Shown here piece after piece: positions 11,104 through 19,584 of a stretch of 64,000 nt of DNA (positions are counted from its first letter, which is position 1; each line of letters opens with the position of its first letter). Made by a program: the position numbers and the translations under genes. The stretch is from a bacterium (GTDB lineage: Bacteria > Vulcanimicrobiota > JAZDOK01): contig JAZDOK010000016.1 in the NCBI GenBank assembly GCA_043798715.1, positions 1,036 to 65,035 of the forward strand, written 5' to 3'. The notes beneath the pieces were generated by a model that saw only the letters and a list, made by a program, of their open reading frames with translations, had not been told where the DNA came from and ran no database searches.

Positions 11104-11322
11104 GTGGCCAAGGAAGAGACGATAGAGGTTGAAGGGACCGTCATTGAGGCCCTTCCCAATGCTATGTTCAGGGTTGAGCTGGCCAACGGGCACAAGGTTC
11201 TGGCCCATGTCTCGGGCAAGATCCGGATGAATTTCATCCGCATTCTGCCGGGAGACAGGGTTACGGTGGAATTGTCACCCTACGACCTCAGTAGAGGAAG
11301 GATCACCTACCGGTACAAGTAG
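11104..11322 (+). CDS. infA: translation initiation factor IF-1
   Basis: GTG start. [60 protein letters not shown] matches IF-1. Confidence 0.97.
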   Translation: MAKEETIEVEGTVIEALPNAMFRVELANGHKVLAHVSGKIRMNFIRILPGDRVTVELSPYDLSRGRITYRYK

Positions 11323-11340
11323 TCTAGGGAGGAAGAAGCA

Positions 11341-11454
11341 ATGAAGAAAAAACCTTCTGTGCGGACGCGATGCGAAAAGTGCAAGATAATCGTCCGCAAG
11401 GGCAAAGTCAGGGTTATCTGCGAAAATGTTAAGCATAAACAGATTCAAGGTTAG
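11341..11454 (+). CDS. rpmJ: 50S ribosomal protein L36 (bL36)
   Basis: Hand-translated 37-codon ORF below the ORF-track cutoff: [37 protein letters not shown]. It lies between infA and rpsM as expected. Confidence 0.93.
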   Translation: MKKKPSVRTRCEKCKIIVRKGKVRVICENVKHKQIQG

Positions 11455-11465
11455 GGGGTGACAAA

Positions 11466-11849
11466 GTGGCAAGAATTGCAGGAATTGATTTACCGAGAGA
11501 CAAGCGGGTGGAGGTGGCCCTCACCTATATCTTTGGAATAGGGAGGAATTCGGCCAAGAAGATCCTGACCAGCACCAAGATCAATCCGGATACCCGCGTG
11601 CGGGGCCTGACTGATGAAGAGGTTGGCCGCCTCCGGGAGGAAATAGAGAAGAATTTCAAGGTGGAAGGGGATCTCAAGAGAGAGGTCACCCAGAGCATCA
11701 AGCGGCTCCTGGAAATCGGCTGCTACCGGGGCATGCGGCATAAGCGAGGCCTTCCGGTGCGGGGTCAGCGGACCAAGACCAATGCCAGGACCCGTAAGGG
11801 TCCGAGGCGGACGGTCGGGAGCAAGAAGAAGGCACCGTCCAAAACGTAA
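11466..11849 (+). CDS. rpsM: 30S ribosomal protein S13 (uS13)
   Basis: GTG start. [25 protein letters not shown]...A..IL is canonical uS13. Confidence 0.97.
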   Translation: MARIAGIDLPRDKRVEVALTYIFGIGRNSAKKILTSTKINPDTRVRGLTDEEVGRLREEIEKNFKVEGDLKREVTQSIKRLLEIGCYRGMRHKRGLPVRGQRTKTNARTRKGPRRTVGSKKKAPSKT

Positions 11850-11867
11850 GTCATAAGGAGGGATAAC

Positions 11868-12257
11868 ATGGCCAGGAAGACCGGAAAATCGCGAAAAAAA
11901 GAGACGCGTCACATTCCCAAGGGGATTGCGCACATACAGTCCACTTTCAATAATACCGTCATCACGATCACGGACTTGAACGGCAACACGCTTGGGTGGG
12001 CCACGGCTGGGGTGCTGGGTTTCAAGGGCTCCCGCAAGAGCACGCCTTTCGCCGCCCAGATGGCGGCCGACCAGGTGGCCAAGAAGGCCATGGAGTTCGG
12101 GGTCCGGCAGGTGGACGTCTATGTGAAGGGCCCCGGGGCCGGTCGGGAGGCGGCGATTCGCTCGCTTCAGGCAGCCGGGCTTGAAATCAGTCTGATTAAG
12201 GATGTAACACCCATTCCGCACAATGGATGTCGTCCGCCCAAGAGGCGGAGAGTATAA
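11868..12257 (+). CDS. rpsK: 30S ribosomal protein S11 (uS11)
   Basis: [19 protein letters not shown]...W...[17 protein letters not shown] matches uS11. Confidence 0.97.
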   Translation: MARKTGKSRKKETRHIPKGIAHIQSTFNNTVITITDLNGNTLGWATAGVLGFKGSRKSTPFAAQMAADQVAKKAMEFGVRQVDVYVKGPGAGREAAIRSLQAAGLEISLIKDVTPIPHNGCRPPKRRRV

Positions 12258-12270
12258 GGGAGGCAGAAAT

Positions 12271-12906
12271 ATGGCTAGGTATACCGGACCGTTGTGTCGC
12301 CTGTGCAGAAGAGAGGGAAACAAGCTTTTGCTCAAGGGTACACGCTGTTACACTGGGAAGTGCGCCATGGAGCGTTCCGAGAATAGATCGGGGCCGCCTG
12401 GGCCGCCCAGTCGGAGCAGGAGGAAGATTTCACAGTACGGAATTCAGCTCAGGGAAAAACAGAAGCTGAAGAGGATCTACAGGCTTCAGGAGCGCCAGTT
12501 CAGGAGGTATTTCCATATTGCCGAGCAGCAGAAGGGGATAACCGGCGAGAATTTTCTTGGCCTTCTCGAATGCCGTCTGGACAACGCCGTCTATCGGCTG
12601 GGCTTTGCCAGTTCCCGGAACCAGGCCCGGCAGATGGTAAGTCACGGTCATTTTCTGGTCAACGGGAGAAAAGTCAATATCCCCTCATACCTTCTAAGGC
12701 CGGTTGACGAGATCGTCCTGAAGGAGAACAGCCGCGATAATCCCCTGTTCAAGCAGTCTCTTGCGAGTGCGGCAGGGCGGGCCATCCCCCAGTGGCTGAA
12801 AATGGATGCGGATAATTTCAAAGGAACAGTGCTCTCAAGACCTTCCAGGGAAGAGATAGATACACAAGTAAAGGAAGAGCTGATCGTAGAGTTCTACTCC
12901 AGATAA
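12271..12906 (+). CDS. rpsD: 30S ribosomal protein S4 (uS4)
   Basis: ATG 12271 gives [23 protein letters not shown], with a GGGAGG RBS and a C-terminal S4 RNA-binding domain. The ORF-track start at 12223 overlaps rpsK. Confidence 0.96.
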   Translation: MARYTGPLCRLCRREGNKLLLKGTRCYTGKCAMERSENRSGPPGPPSRSRRKISQYGIQLREKQKLKRIYRLQERQFRRYFHIAEQQKGITGENFLGLLECRLDNAVYRLGFASSRNQARQMVSHGHFLVNGRKVNIPSYLLRPVDEIVLKENSRDNPLFKQSLASAAGRAIPQWLKMDADNFKGTVLSRPSREEIDTQVKEELIVEFYSR

Positions 12907-12921
12907 AGGGGGAAGCCAATA

Positions 12922-13884
12922 GTGATGCTAGAAATTGAAAAACCGGTAGTGGTCTCCGAGGCGCAGGAGGCATATGGAAAGTTCGTGATTGAGCCGCTGG
13001 AACGGGGTTACGGGGTTACCCTTGGGAACAGCTTGAGAAGAATCCTCCTTTCGTCCCTCCCGGGCGCCGCTGTCACCCACGTCAAAATAGAGGGCGTTCT
13101 GCACGAGTTTTCGACGATTCCGGGCGTGGTCGAGGACACCACCGAGATCATCCTGAATCTGAAGAAACTACGCATGAAGATGCATCCCGATGCGCCCAGG
13201 ACCATCCGGCTGGAAGTACGGGGAGAGAAGGAAGTGACCGCGGGGGACATCACCCTGGATGCCGATGTCGAGGTTCTGAACAAGAACCTGCACATCGCTA
13301 CTCTCAGCGAGCCTAATTCGCGTCTGATCATGGAGATGCGGGTCGAAAAAGGCAAGGGCTATGTGCCGGCTGAGCGCCACCGTCTGCCGGAGCAGATCAT
13401 CGGCCTGATCCCGGTGGATTCCATCTTCACTCCCGTGTTCAGGGTGAATTACGTGGTGGAGGATACCCGCGTCGGCCAGGTGACCGACTATGAGCGGCTC
13501 ATACTGGAAGTCTGGACGGATGGGAGCATCGGTCCCCACGAGGCGGTCAGTACGGCAGCCACGATTCTCCAGAATTACCTGAAATTTTTTGCGGATCTCA
13601 AGATTACGGCGGGACCCTCTCTCTCGATGGAGATCATGGAGCCGATGACCGTGGTGGATATGCCCATCGAGGAACTGGGACTCTCGGTCAGGTCCTTAAA
13701 CTGCCTCAGGAGAGCCGGGGTCCGGATCGTCAACGATCTGATTCAGCTCTCCCATGAAGATGTGATGAAACTTAAGAACTTCGGCCAGAAATCCCTGGAT
13801 GAAATCCAGGAGAAATTAGCGCAGTACAACCTGTCGCTTAAGATTTTCGCGCCTGAAGAGTCAGGGAAGGGTGAACTCAATTGA
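12922..13884 (+). CDS. rpoA: DNA-directed RNA polymerase subunit alpha
   Basis: 320 aa. N-terminal ..G.F.IEPLERG.G.TLGN.LRR.LLSS..G.A and C-terminal domain ..IEEL.LSVRS.NCL..A.I.....L are present. Confidence 0.97.
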   Translation: MMLEIEKPVVVSEAQEAYGKFVIEPLERGYGVTLGNSLRRILLSSLPGAAVTHVKIEGVLHEFSTIPGVVEDTTEIILNLKKLRMKMHPDAPRTIRLEVRGEKEVTAGDITLDADVEVLNKNLHIATLSEPNSRLIMEMRVEKGKGYVPAERHRLPEQIIGLIPVDSIFTPVFRVNYVVEDTRVGQVTDYERLILEVWTDGSIGPHEAVSTAATILQNYLKFFADLKITAGPSLSMEIMEPMTVVDMPIEELGLSVRSLNCLRRAGVRIVNDLIQLSHEDVMKLKNFGQKSLDEIQEKLAQYNLSLKIFAPEESGKGELN

Positions 13885-14249
13885 AACACAAGGTCGTGAC
13901 CAGGACGCTCGGAAGGATTACCGGCCATAGAATCGCCATGCTCAGGAATCTGACGACGTCTCTTTTTATGCATCGTAAGATCGAGACGACGGAAACCCGG
14001 GCCAAGGAAGTGGCGAAATTTGCTCAACGGCTCATCACGCTGGCCAAGCGGGGAGACCTGGCGGCCAAGCGAGCGGTCTTTCAGCATATCCGGAACACGG
14101 ATGTCGCCAAGGAACTCTTCGATACGATTGCGCCCCAGTACCGTTCATCCGGGGATCACGAGGAGAGAAAAGGCGGTTATACCCGGATTTTAAAGCTCGG
14201 TCAGCGCAAGGGCGACGCGGCTCCCATGGTGATTATAGAGCTGGTATGA
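13881..14249 (+). CDS. rplQ: 50S ribosomal protein L17 (bL17)
   Basis: TTG start. ..LGR...HR.AMLRNL..SL..H..IETT..RAKE....A..LITLAK matches bL17. Confidence 0.95.
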   Translation: MKHKVVTRTLGRITGHRIAMLRNLTTSLFMHRKIETTETRAKEVAKFAQRLITLAKRGDLAAKRAVFQHIRNTDVAKELFDTIAPQYRSSGDHEERKGGYTRILKLGQRKGDAAPMVIIELV

Positions 14250-15094
14250 TCCGGCTCGCCCGGCTGAGTCACACATACCAGCACGGAACTTCGGGCGAAA
14301 TAAACGCTCTTCAGGAAGTCGATCTTACCATCGGAGAGTGCGAGTTCGTCGCCATAATCGGTCCGAACGGCTGTGGAAAATCCACTCTGGCCAGGCATCT
14401 TAACGCACTCCTCCTGCCCACCGGCGGCGACGTGTGGGTGGAGGGTCTCAATACCAGGGAGCCGGAAAATATCGTGGAGATCCGCCGCCGGGTCGGGATG
14501 GTCTTTCAGAATCCCGAGACCCAGATAGTGGCAACGATGGTCGAGGAGGACGTGGCCTTCGGGCCTGAAAACCTGGGCCTTTCTCCGGAAGAAATAAGAA
14601 AACGAGTCAAAGAGGCCCTGCAGGCCGTAAGCCTGGAGGGCTTTGAACTTCTCTCCCCCCACCAGCTTTCCGGTGGTCAGAAACAAAGGGTGGCCCTGGC
14701 GGGCATCCTGGCGATGAGGCCGAGGACCATCGTGCTGGATGAGCCGACCGCCATGCTCGATCCCGCTGGCCGCCGCGAAGTCTTCCAGGCCGTAAGCCGC
14801 CTGAACACCGAAGAGGGCATCCGCGTCGTCTATATCACCCACTTCATGGAAGAGGCGGTGGAGGCCAGGCGGGTGATCGTTCTTGACCGCGGAACAATCG
14901 TGATGGACGGAACTTCGGCGGAGGTCTTCTCGCAATATGATCGGATGGCCGAACTTGGGGTGGGGGTGCCCTGCATAACCCGCCTCGATCACGCCCTCCG
15001 GGAAAAGGGCTTCAATCTTCCTAAAGTGCCGCTTTCCGCCGAAGAGATGGCGGATGAGCTTTCTCTTTTGCCTCTGAAGGCTTCTCTTCGGTAA
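14246..15094 (+). CDS. ecfA: energy-coupling factor (ECF) transporter ATPase subunit
   Basis: Walker [13 protein letters not shown] signature [10 protein letters not shown] and Walker [12 protein letters not shown]. It follows rplQ as ecfA does in many bacteria. Its last 264 nt are duplicated at 21186-21449. Confidence 0.9.
   Translation: MIRLARLSHTYQHGTSGEINALQEVDLTIGECEFVAIIGPNGCGKSTLARHLNALLLPTGGDVWVEGLNTREPENIVEIRRRVGMVFQNPETQIVATMVEEDVAFGPENLGLSPEEIRKRVKEALQAVSLEGFELLSPHQLSGGQKQRVALAGILAMRPRTIVLDEPTAMLDPAGRREVFQAVSRLNTEEGIRVVYITHFMEEAVEARRVIVLDRGTIVMDGTSAEVFSQYDRMAELGVGVPCITRLDHALREKGFNLPKVPLSAEEMADELSLLPLKASLR
14831..15094 (+). repeat. left copy of the 264-bp direct repeat (ecfA 3' end); candidate attL-side homology
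   Basis: Hand alignment with 21186-21449 gives about 22 mismatches in 264 nt (~92%). Homology starts sharply at TATATCACCC and ends at the stop codon. Confidence 0.85.
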
Positions 15095-15104
15095 ATCACG
15101 GGTT

Positions 15105-15235
15105 TGTCGGGGGTATCCCCCACGAAAGTACACCGTCGCCCCGCCATCGGCGGGGCGCGATTTCCCGCCAACGGCGGGACAACGCCTTTCTTAGGGAGAT
15201 ACCCCCTACTCCCCGTTTTCTCTCTTAGAAATCTG
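15105..15235 (+). repeat. GC-rich structured repeat element, copy A (MITE-like or structured RNA)
   Basis: It shares TGTCGGGGGTATCCCCCACGAAAGTAC...TCCCGCC(loop)GGCGGGAC...AACGCCTTTCTTAGG..ACCCCCT...GAAATCTG with 16661-16832. It has hairpins GGGGG-TAT-CCCCC, CGCCCCGCC-ATC-GGCGGGGCG and TCCCGCC-AAC-GGCGGGA. The ends, GGGGGTATCCCCC and GGGAGATACCCCC, are mutually complementary. Confidence 0.7.
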
Positions 15236-15313
15236 CGTAATCTTCTGAAACCAATTCATGCGGCCTATCCTGTTTGTATGCATTATCACGATAAAGTGCT
15301 AACATCAAATCCA

Positions 15314-16276
15314 CTATCGGGTCAAGAACGCGTGCAGACATGCTCTCATGTCTGCACGCGTTCTTCCGTGAAGTAGTACTAGGATTAATCCAGCAATGGC
15401 ACCAATCACAGCTCCTAACAGACAACTGAAATAGATTTTAGCGATTTCAAAAATATGAACAAAATTAAATTCGGAAATAATCATGTTGAACATAGTACTC
15501 AAAAGCCCAGTCATAGCACCCGCCAACCCGCCTAATAATGGAACCCGCAGAAAAGCTTCGGGCCAGCGCCTTCCCTTTATTATCTTTAATGCTTCGCCTG
15601 AGTAAAAGTTAAATAAGAAATATCCGATTAAAACATCTCCAGTAAGGTTTAATAAGGCGCAATCAAGGAAATACGGAAATATTGTTTTGGAATAAAATAT
15701 TCCTTCCAACCCTCCGATAAGGCCTCCAAAGATCCCTGCGACAACTCCTGCAATAGTAATGACTCCCTCATCACTATGCTTGTCGATTGCTTCGTTTATT
15801 GAAGTTTGCATTTGGCCTGACTTTTTTAGCAGAAGGGCATAAACAAAGCCCGCAAGGAACATTCCTAATAATAATCCGGTAAAGCCACCAATAAAAAACC
15901 CTATAATAGTTCCAACAATCGGAAAAGTGAAAGTTCCAGTCATGCATCCGGAAGCTATCCCCGCCATGAGTCCGTATAAAGCACCTTGCGAAACGTATTT
16001 TCTTAACGATTTAATTGTGTTTTTTGAAAATCTCCTGGAAGCCATCCATCCGAAGAATATACCCGTTAAGATTCCTGTTATTATTACTGCTGGCGTTGAA
16101 GAGCTGTCAACTATTAGCTGACGGCTGAGAGGTTCACGGAAAATAGAGTAGTAGGGGAAGCTGGCTATGTAATACTTATTGCACAGCAAGGCGGAAGTAC
16201 CTCCAATTATTCCGCCGCATATACCAACGACGATTCTTCCCCAGAGAAGGATCTTTTTATTTCCCAATACATTCAC
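15314..16276 (-). CDS. polytopic membrane protein with repeated glycine-zipper (GxxxG) segments, unknown function
   Basis: 320-aa AT-rich ORF with multiple hydrophobic segments (GICGGIIGG, GFFIGGFTGLLLGMFLAGF, GIFGGLIGGLEG, LGGLAGAMTGLL). I recognise no family. Confidence 0.7.
   Translation of the reverse strand: MNVLGNKKILLWGRIVVGICGGIIGGTSALLCNKYYIASFPYYSIFREPLSRQLIVDSSSTPAVIITGILTGIFFGWMASRRFSKNTIKSLRKYVSQGALYGLMAGIASGCMTGTFTFPIVGTIIGFFIGGFTGLLLGMFLAGFVYALLLKKSGQMQTSINEAIDKHSDEGVITIAGVVAGIFGGLIGGLEGIFYSKTIFPYFLDCALLNLTGDVLIGYFLFNFYSGEALKIIKGRRWPEAFLRVPLLGGLAGAMTGLLSTMFNMIISEFNFVHIFEIAKIYFSCLLGAVIGAIAGLILVLLHGRTRADMRACLHAFLTR
15324..15365 (-). terminator. perfect 19-bp-stem inverted repeat (hairpin) at the 3' end of the membrane-protein gene
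   Basis: AAGAACGCGTGCAGACATG-CTCT-CATGTCTGCACGCGTTCTT. It overlaps the last codons of ORF 15314-16276. There is no clear U-tract, so the terminator role is tentative. Confidence 0.45.
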
Positions 16277-16516
16277 CCCGCTTTCATCCGAAACGAACTA
16301 GGGGACTGTGTGTTCATGGGGTCGGGCTACACATTTGCCATTTATTCAGAGAACATACGGCGTAATAAATGCAGCCCCGTAACAAGTTGGAAAGGAGAAA
16401 ATGACCATTTCGGAAGGTTCTCGATAGCTGTATCTTTTCCTTTCCGTCTGTTAAAGCAAAGAGGGGGCAATTTGACGAAGTGTCCGGTAATAGATGAAAG
16501 GTTCTGTGAACGTTGT

Positions 16517-16596
16517 GTGATGCGGTCGTTATTGTCTTCTCGACCGCATCACACCTCCATAAGGGGCCTGTGCCTTGCAAGCACGGCCCCTTTATT
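16517..16596 (+). repeat. two-hairpin repeat module, copy 1 (second copy at 35505-35590)
   Basis: GTGATGCGGTCG-ttattgtcttc-CGACCGCATCAC, then CCATAAGGGGCCTGTGCCTTGCAAGCACGGCCCCTTT. It is near-identical to the sequence after the gdhA stop. Confidence 0.8.
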
Positions 16597-16660
16597 ACTT
16601 CCATCTGGGTTTGCTTCAGAGCCAAACTTGGCGATCATTTAAGCGTTATCTGGTTCGGGC

Positions 16661-16832
16661 TGTCGGGGGTATCCCCCACGAAAGTACGCCGTCGATTTTC
16701 CCTGCGAGAAAATCGCGACTCGGTGCTCAGCCTCGCTCGTCCCGCCTTCGGCGGGACACCGTGCCCGCTCGGCCTCCGCAACGCCTTTCTTAGGTGGACA
16801 CCCCCTCTTCCCGTTTCTTTCTGCGAAATCTG
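16661..16832 (+). repeat. GC-rich structured repeat element, copy B (about 40 nt longer than copy A)
   Basis: It has the same 5' block (TGTCGGGGGTATCCCCCACGAAAGTAC), the same internal TCCCGCC-TTC-GGCGGGA hairpin with a different loop, and the same 3' block (AACGCCTTTCTTAGGTGGACACCCCCT..GAAATCTG) as 15105-15235. Confidence 0.7.
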
Positions 16833-17181
16833 AATCAGGGAATTATGAAGGAGAACGCGAGGAATCACGAGCCTCAGAATGCCCTCTATTCTGCAGAGGA
16901 GCGCCAAGTTGGAGGAATCTGCAGGGTCAGGGCGAAAGGGTGACATGGCGGGGTGGAGGCGGTTTATTCGACAGGAAGAGCTGGTTCGACTGTTCGACTG
17001 GCCGATGGAAACTGCGGTCGCCAAGTGATATGGCAAAAGACATGCCGAAACTACCGTGGTCATGGCCAACACGGGCGGCTTCACTAAGGAGGAACTCGAT
17101 TGCATTCAAATACCGCAATGGGCAGGAAATTGAGGAAGCTGAAGGAAATTAGGTCGTGAAGATCGATTACAGGAGTTTCGT

Positions 17182-19491
17182 TTGAATACTTTAAACCTGC
17201 GCACCAGATACCGCCCCTTGCGTATTGGATGGTGTGTCCGTGACGGCAATATAGATGATTTTCGGAAAGTGTTGCGACTTACCCATACGCTGTGGGGTGG
17301 GCGATATAATCCCGTGATCCCGATAAATGATACAAAATTTGCTGAACAGTTGGTGAATCTTTTCCGCGTTGATGCTCTTTATCCGGCCTCAGATGACAAG
17401 GCACTCGATGATTTCATCAAACGGTTCTCTTACCTTCCCTGGCCGGTTTTACATAAAGAGTTATTTGTTGATGGCCCTTTTGGCAAAATGACGACGCTTC
17501 TTGATGTTACTCATCCTATCCTCCATCAAAAAGACGATATCCATAAATTAACGCATCCTTATTATGAATTTCACTTGCTTGATTGGGATAATTCAGATCC
17601 GTTAGGCGATGTTTTATTGGCCACTATTGGAAGTTATCCAACAAAAGAGGAGTGTGGTATTGACTATATCGATATGATAGCAAAACATTTAGCAAGAAGA
17701 AAAGTTCCCTTAGATATTAAATTACCGCTCCCGAACAATATTTATAAGATTTGTACTCCTTCAGCACTTACTGCTTATGATTTAGCTGAAGATTTTATCG
17801 AACCTTTTGATTGGAATAACAAAGGATTATATGTGGGAGATGCTCAGGACTTTTTTGATCTCGTTAACTTTTGGAATCTTAGAGCGTGTAATATTTATTT
17901 GCTTTTCTACGATCCACGACATGCTGAACGGCTAAACATTTTAAAGGATGCTTATTTAAATGAATTACATCGTGATTCTCCTGTATGGAGGCAGCAGATT
18001 GATGTTTTTACAAAATCAGATAATATTGATATATCAATATTAGGTTCGAATATCAGAAGAACTATTGCGTCAATGAACGATTGGAAATTATTAAAAACTA
18101 AACCACCCCTGATGCGTTTCAAAGAACAGTCCGCGCTTGGCTCTATAGCAGATGAAGACGGTACGCTTTCTGTTTGTTTTCAGCTTCCTGAGAAGCCTAT
18201 TTTCGATGAGTATCATCTTCAGAGACAACATTTAGTTGTCTCTGTAAATCCGCTAATTGACATTGCAAAATTTAGTAATTCTACTGCTATATTTCGCCCC
18301 CCTTTTATTCCTGAGTTAAACGAGTACTATGGGCGAGAGTGTTATTTCCATTGGAACGCAGCAAGGGCCGAAGTAGACGGCCTAGGAATTATCATTGATA
18401 TTACTCAAACAGATCTAACTTTACGCGCACTAGAAAATCGCAGTCTGATTGCAAAAATATTCGAAGTTTTTGGAATGAAGGCTGAGCCCAGCCAGCCTGG
18501 GCTTATCAGCGCTCGGCTCATCCAACAAATGGGCGGGCTTCAAGGTTGCCGTGTATTTAAAATTACAGGCGTCAGAGAACTTATTGAGAAATATAGTCCA
18601 TCGAAGTATTTTACAAGGAGTGGCGCTAAACAAATTATTGGAAAGCTAAATTTTCCAGAATTTGAAAATCTCTACATCGAAAAGAGACGGGATGGGAAAT
18701 TAAAACTCGAAGATGTTTTAAAATATTTAGCCAACAAAGGTGTATTCAGAGTCGGTCTAAATTTCCAATGCCCGAATTGCGAATTGAAATTCTGGTTGCA
18801 TTTAGATGATATTAAGACAATAGCAGAATGTGAGTATTGCGGGAATAAATTTAACGCGACCTCTCAACTCCGGGATCAATACTGGGCATACCGTCGTTCT
18901 GGGCTTTTCGGTCGAGACGACCATCAGGAAGGGGGCATTCCTGTTGCCCTTACCCTCCAGCAGCTCGATGCCACCTTGGAGCCGGAGTTAATGCTTTACA
19001 CCACAGGGATGAATATTAATCCCATAACCGCTCCTGTAAATACCTGCGAGACAGACTTAGTCCTTATTACGCAGACCCACAATGGACGTGTTCAGTTGGC
19101 AATCGGGGAATGTAAAACGCGTGGTGAGAAGATCGCGGAGAAAGCGGAGAAAGATGTAGAAAACCTGAAAAAAGTGGCAGATGCATTCCCTCCAGAAAGG
19201 TTCGAAAGCTTTATCGTTTTTTCAAAAACACATCCTTTTACAGAAAACGAAATTAAACGCTGTCAAGCCGCTCAGGTTTCAGGCCGACATCGAGTAATTA
19301 TCTTGTCTGATCGAGAACTTGAGCCGAATTTTATTTACGAACGCACAGTTTTAGAATTCGATATAAGAGAAAGCGTGATATCTCTGAAAGACTTAGCAAA
19401 AAATACACACGATATTTACTTTGAGCCAAAACCTAGAGCCCCAAAATCTAACAAAGAAAATGAACCGCACGATGCGAATGATCGTCAATAG
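17182..19491 (+). CDS. large unknown protein: unrecognised N-terminal ~530 aa + CxxC..CxxC zinc ribbon + PD-(D/E)xK-like nuclease core (candidate defence gene 1)
   Basis: 769-aa AT-rich ORF with a TTG start 6 nt after AGGAG. The zinc ribbon CPNCELKF..x..CEYCGNKF is at nt 18769-18840. ETDLVLI...GRVQLAIGECKTRGE at nt 19048-19116 fits the D-x(n)-E-x-K restriction-endonuclease-fold signature. Confidence 0.8.
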   Translation: MNTLNLRTRYRPLRIGWCVRDGNIDDFRKVLRLTHTLWGGRYNPVIPINDTKFAEQLVNLFRVDALYPASDDKALDDFIKRFSYLPWPVLHKELFVDGPFGKMTTLLDVTHPILHQKDDIHKLTHPYYEFHLLDWDNSDPLGDVLLATIGSYPTKEECGIDYIDMIAKHLARRKVPLDIKLPLPNNIYKICTPSALTAYDLAEDFIEPFDWNNKGLYVGDAQDFFDLVNFWNLRACNIYLLFYDPRHAERLNILKDAYLNELHRDSPVWRQQIDVFTKSDNIDISILGSNIRRTIASMNDWKLLKTKPPLMRFKEQSALGSIADEDGTLSVCFQLPEKPIFDEYHLQRQHLVVSVNPLIDIAKFSNSTAIFRPPFIPELNEYYGRECYFHWNAARAEVDGLGIIIDITQTDLTLRALENRSLIAKIFEVFGMKAEPSQPGLISARLIQQMGGLQGCRVFKITGVRELIEKYSPSKYFTRSGAKQIIGKLNFPEFENLYIEKRRDGKLKLEDVLKYLANKGVFRVGLNFQCPNCELKFWLHLDDIKTIAECEYCGNKFNATSQLRDQYWAYRRSGLFGRDDHQEGGIPVALTLQQLDATLEPELMLYTTGMNINPITAPVNTCETDLVLITQTHNGRVQLAIGECKTRGEKIAEKAEKDVENLKKVADAFPPERFESFIVFSKTHPFTENEIKRCQAAQVSGRHRVIILSDRELEPNFIYERTVLEFDIRESVISLKDLAKNTHDIYFEPKPRAPKSNKENEPHDANDRQ

Positions 19492-19523
19492 GAGGGTAGT
19501 GAAGAAGTATGACTCGCGAATTT

Positions 19524-19568
19524 GACTGGGTTTTGCATCAGCAGGAATGGTAGTTCTTCGAGCGAAAG
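19524..19568 (+). repeat. 45-nt direct repeat, copy 1 (pseudogenised 5' fragment of an AlbA_2-like gene)
   Basis: GACTGGGTTTTGCATCAGCAGGAATGGTAGTTCTTCGAGCGAAAG matches 20601-20645 at 40/45 positions. This copy carries an in-frame TAG. Confidence 0.8.
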
Positions 19569-19584
19569 AAAGGGAGGATCCAAG

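Noticed and set aside
105-14200. Numerous long antisense or alternative-frame ORFs across the ribosomal operon (e.g. 105-485 -, 1278-1856 -, 3102-3779 -, 6609-7280 -, 6931-7653 -, 11490-12335 -, 8864-9313 +)
   Set aside because: They overlap unmistakable ribosomal, secY or rpoA genes and have Arg/Pro/Gly-rich low-complexity translations typical of shadow ORFs in GC-rich DNA. No motifs or RBS are present.
14201-15133. 310-aa minus-strand ORF antisense to ecfA
   Set aside because: It is fully antisense to a gene with complete Walker A, signature and Walker B motifs. Its composition is typical of a shadow ORF.
15104-16833. ORFs 15104-15376 (+), 16310-16642 (+), 16513-16833 (+), 16575-16793 (+), 16314-16625 (-) and 16635-17105 (-) as protein-coding genes
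   Set aside because: They run through the GC-rich hairpin repeats and terminator-like modules. Their shared 'peptides' (GVSPTKV.RR, KGPVPCKHGP) simply reflect the nucleotide repeats. They have no RBS or start context.
16833-17181. Possible decayed integrase or transposase in the ~350-nt GC-normal spacer before gene 1
   Set aside because: Only short broken frames are present (e.g. MKENARNHEPQNALYSAEERQ.., ..RFIRQEELVRLFDW..). I could not recognise any recombinase motif by eye, so it needs a profile search before any claim.
19522-19584. Longer start (TTG 19522) for island gene 2
   Set aside because: The extension reads through the pseudogenised 45-nt repeat. ATG 19585 has an optimal AAGGGAGG RBS.
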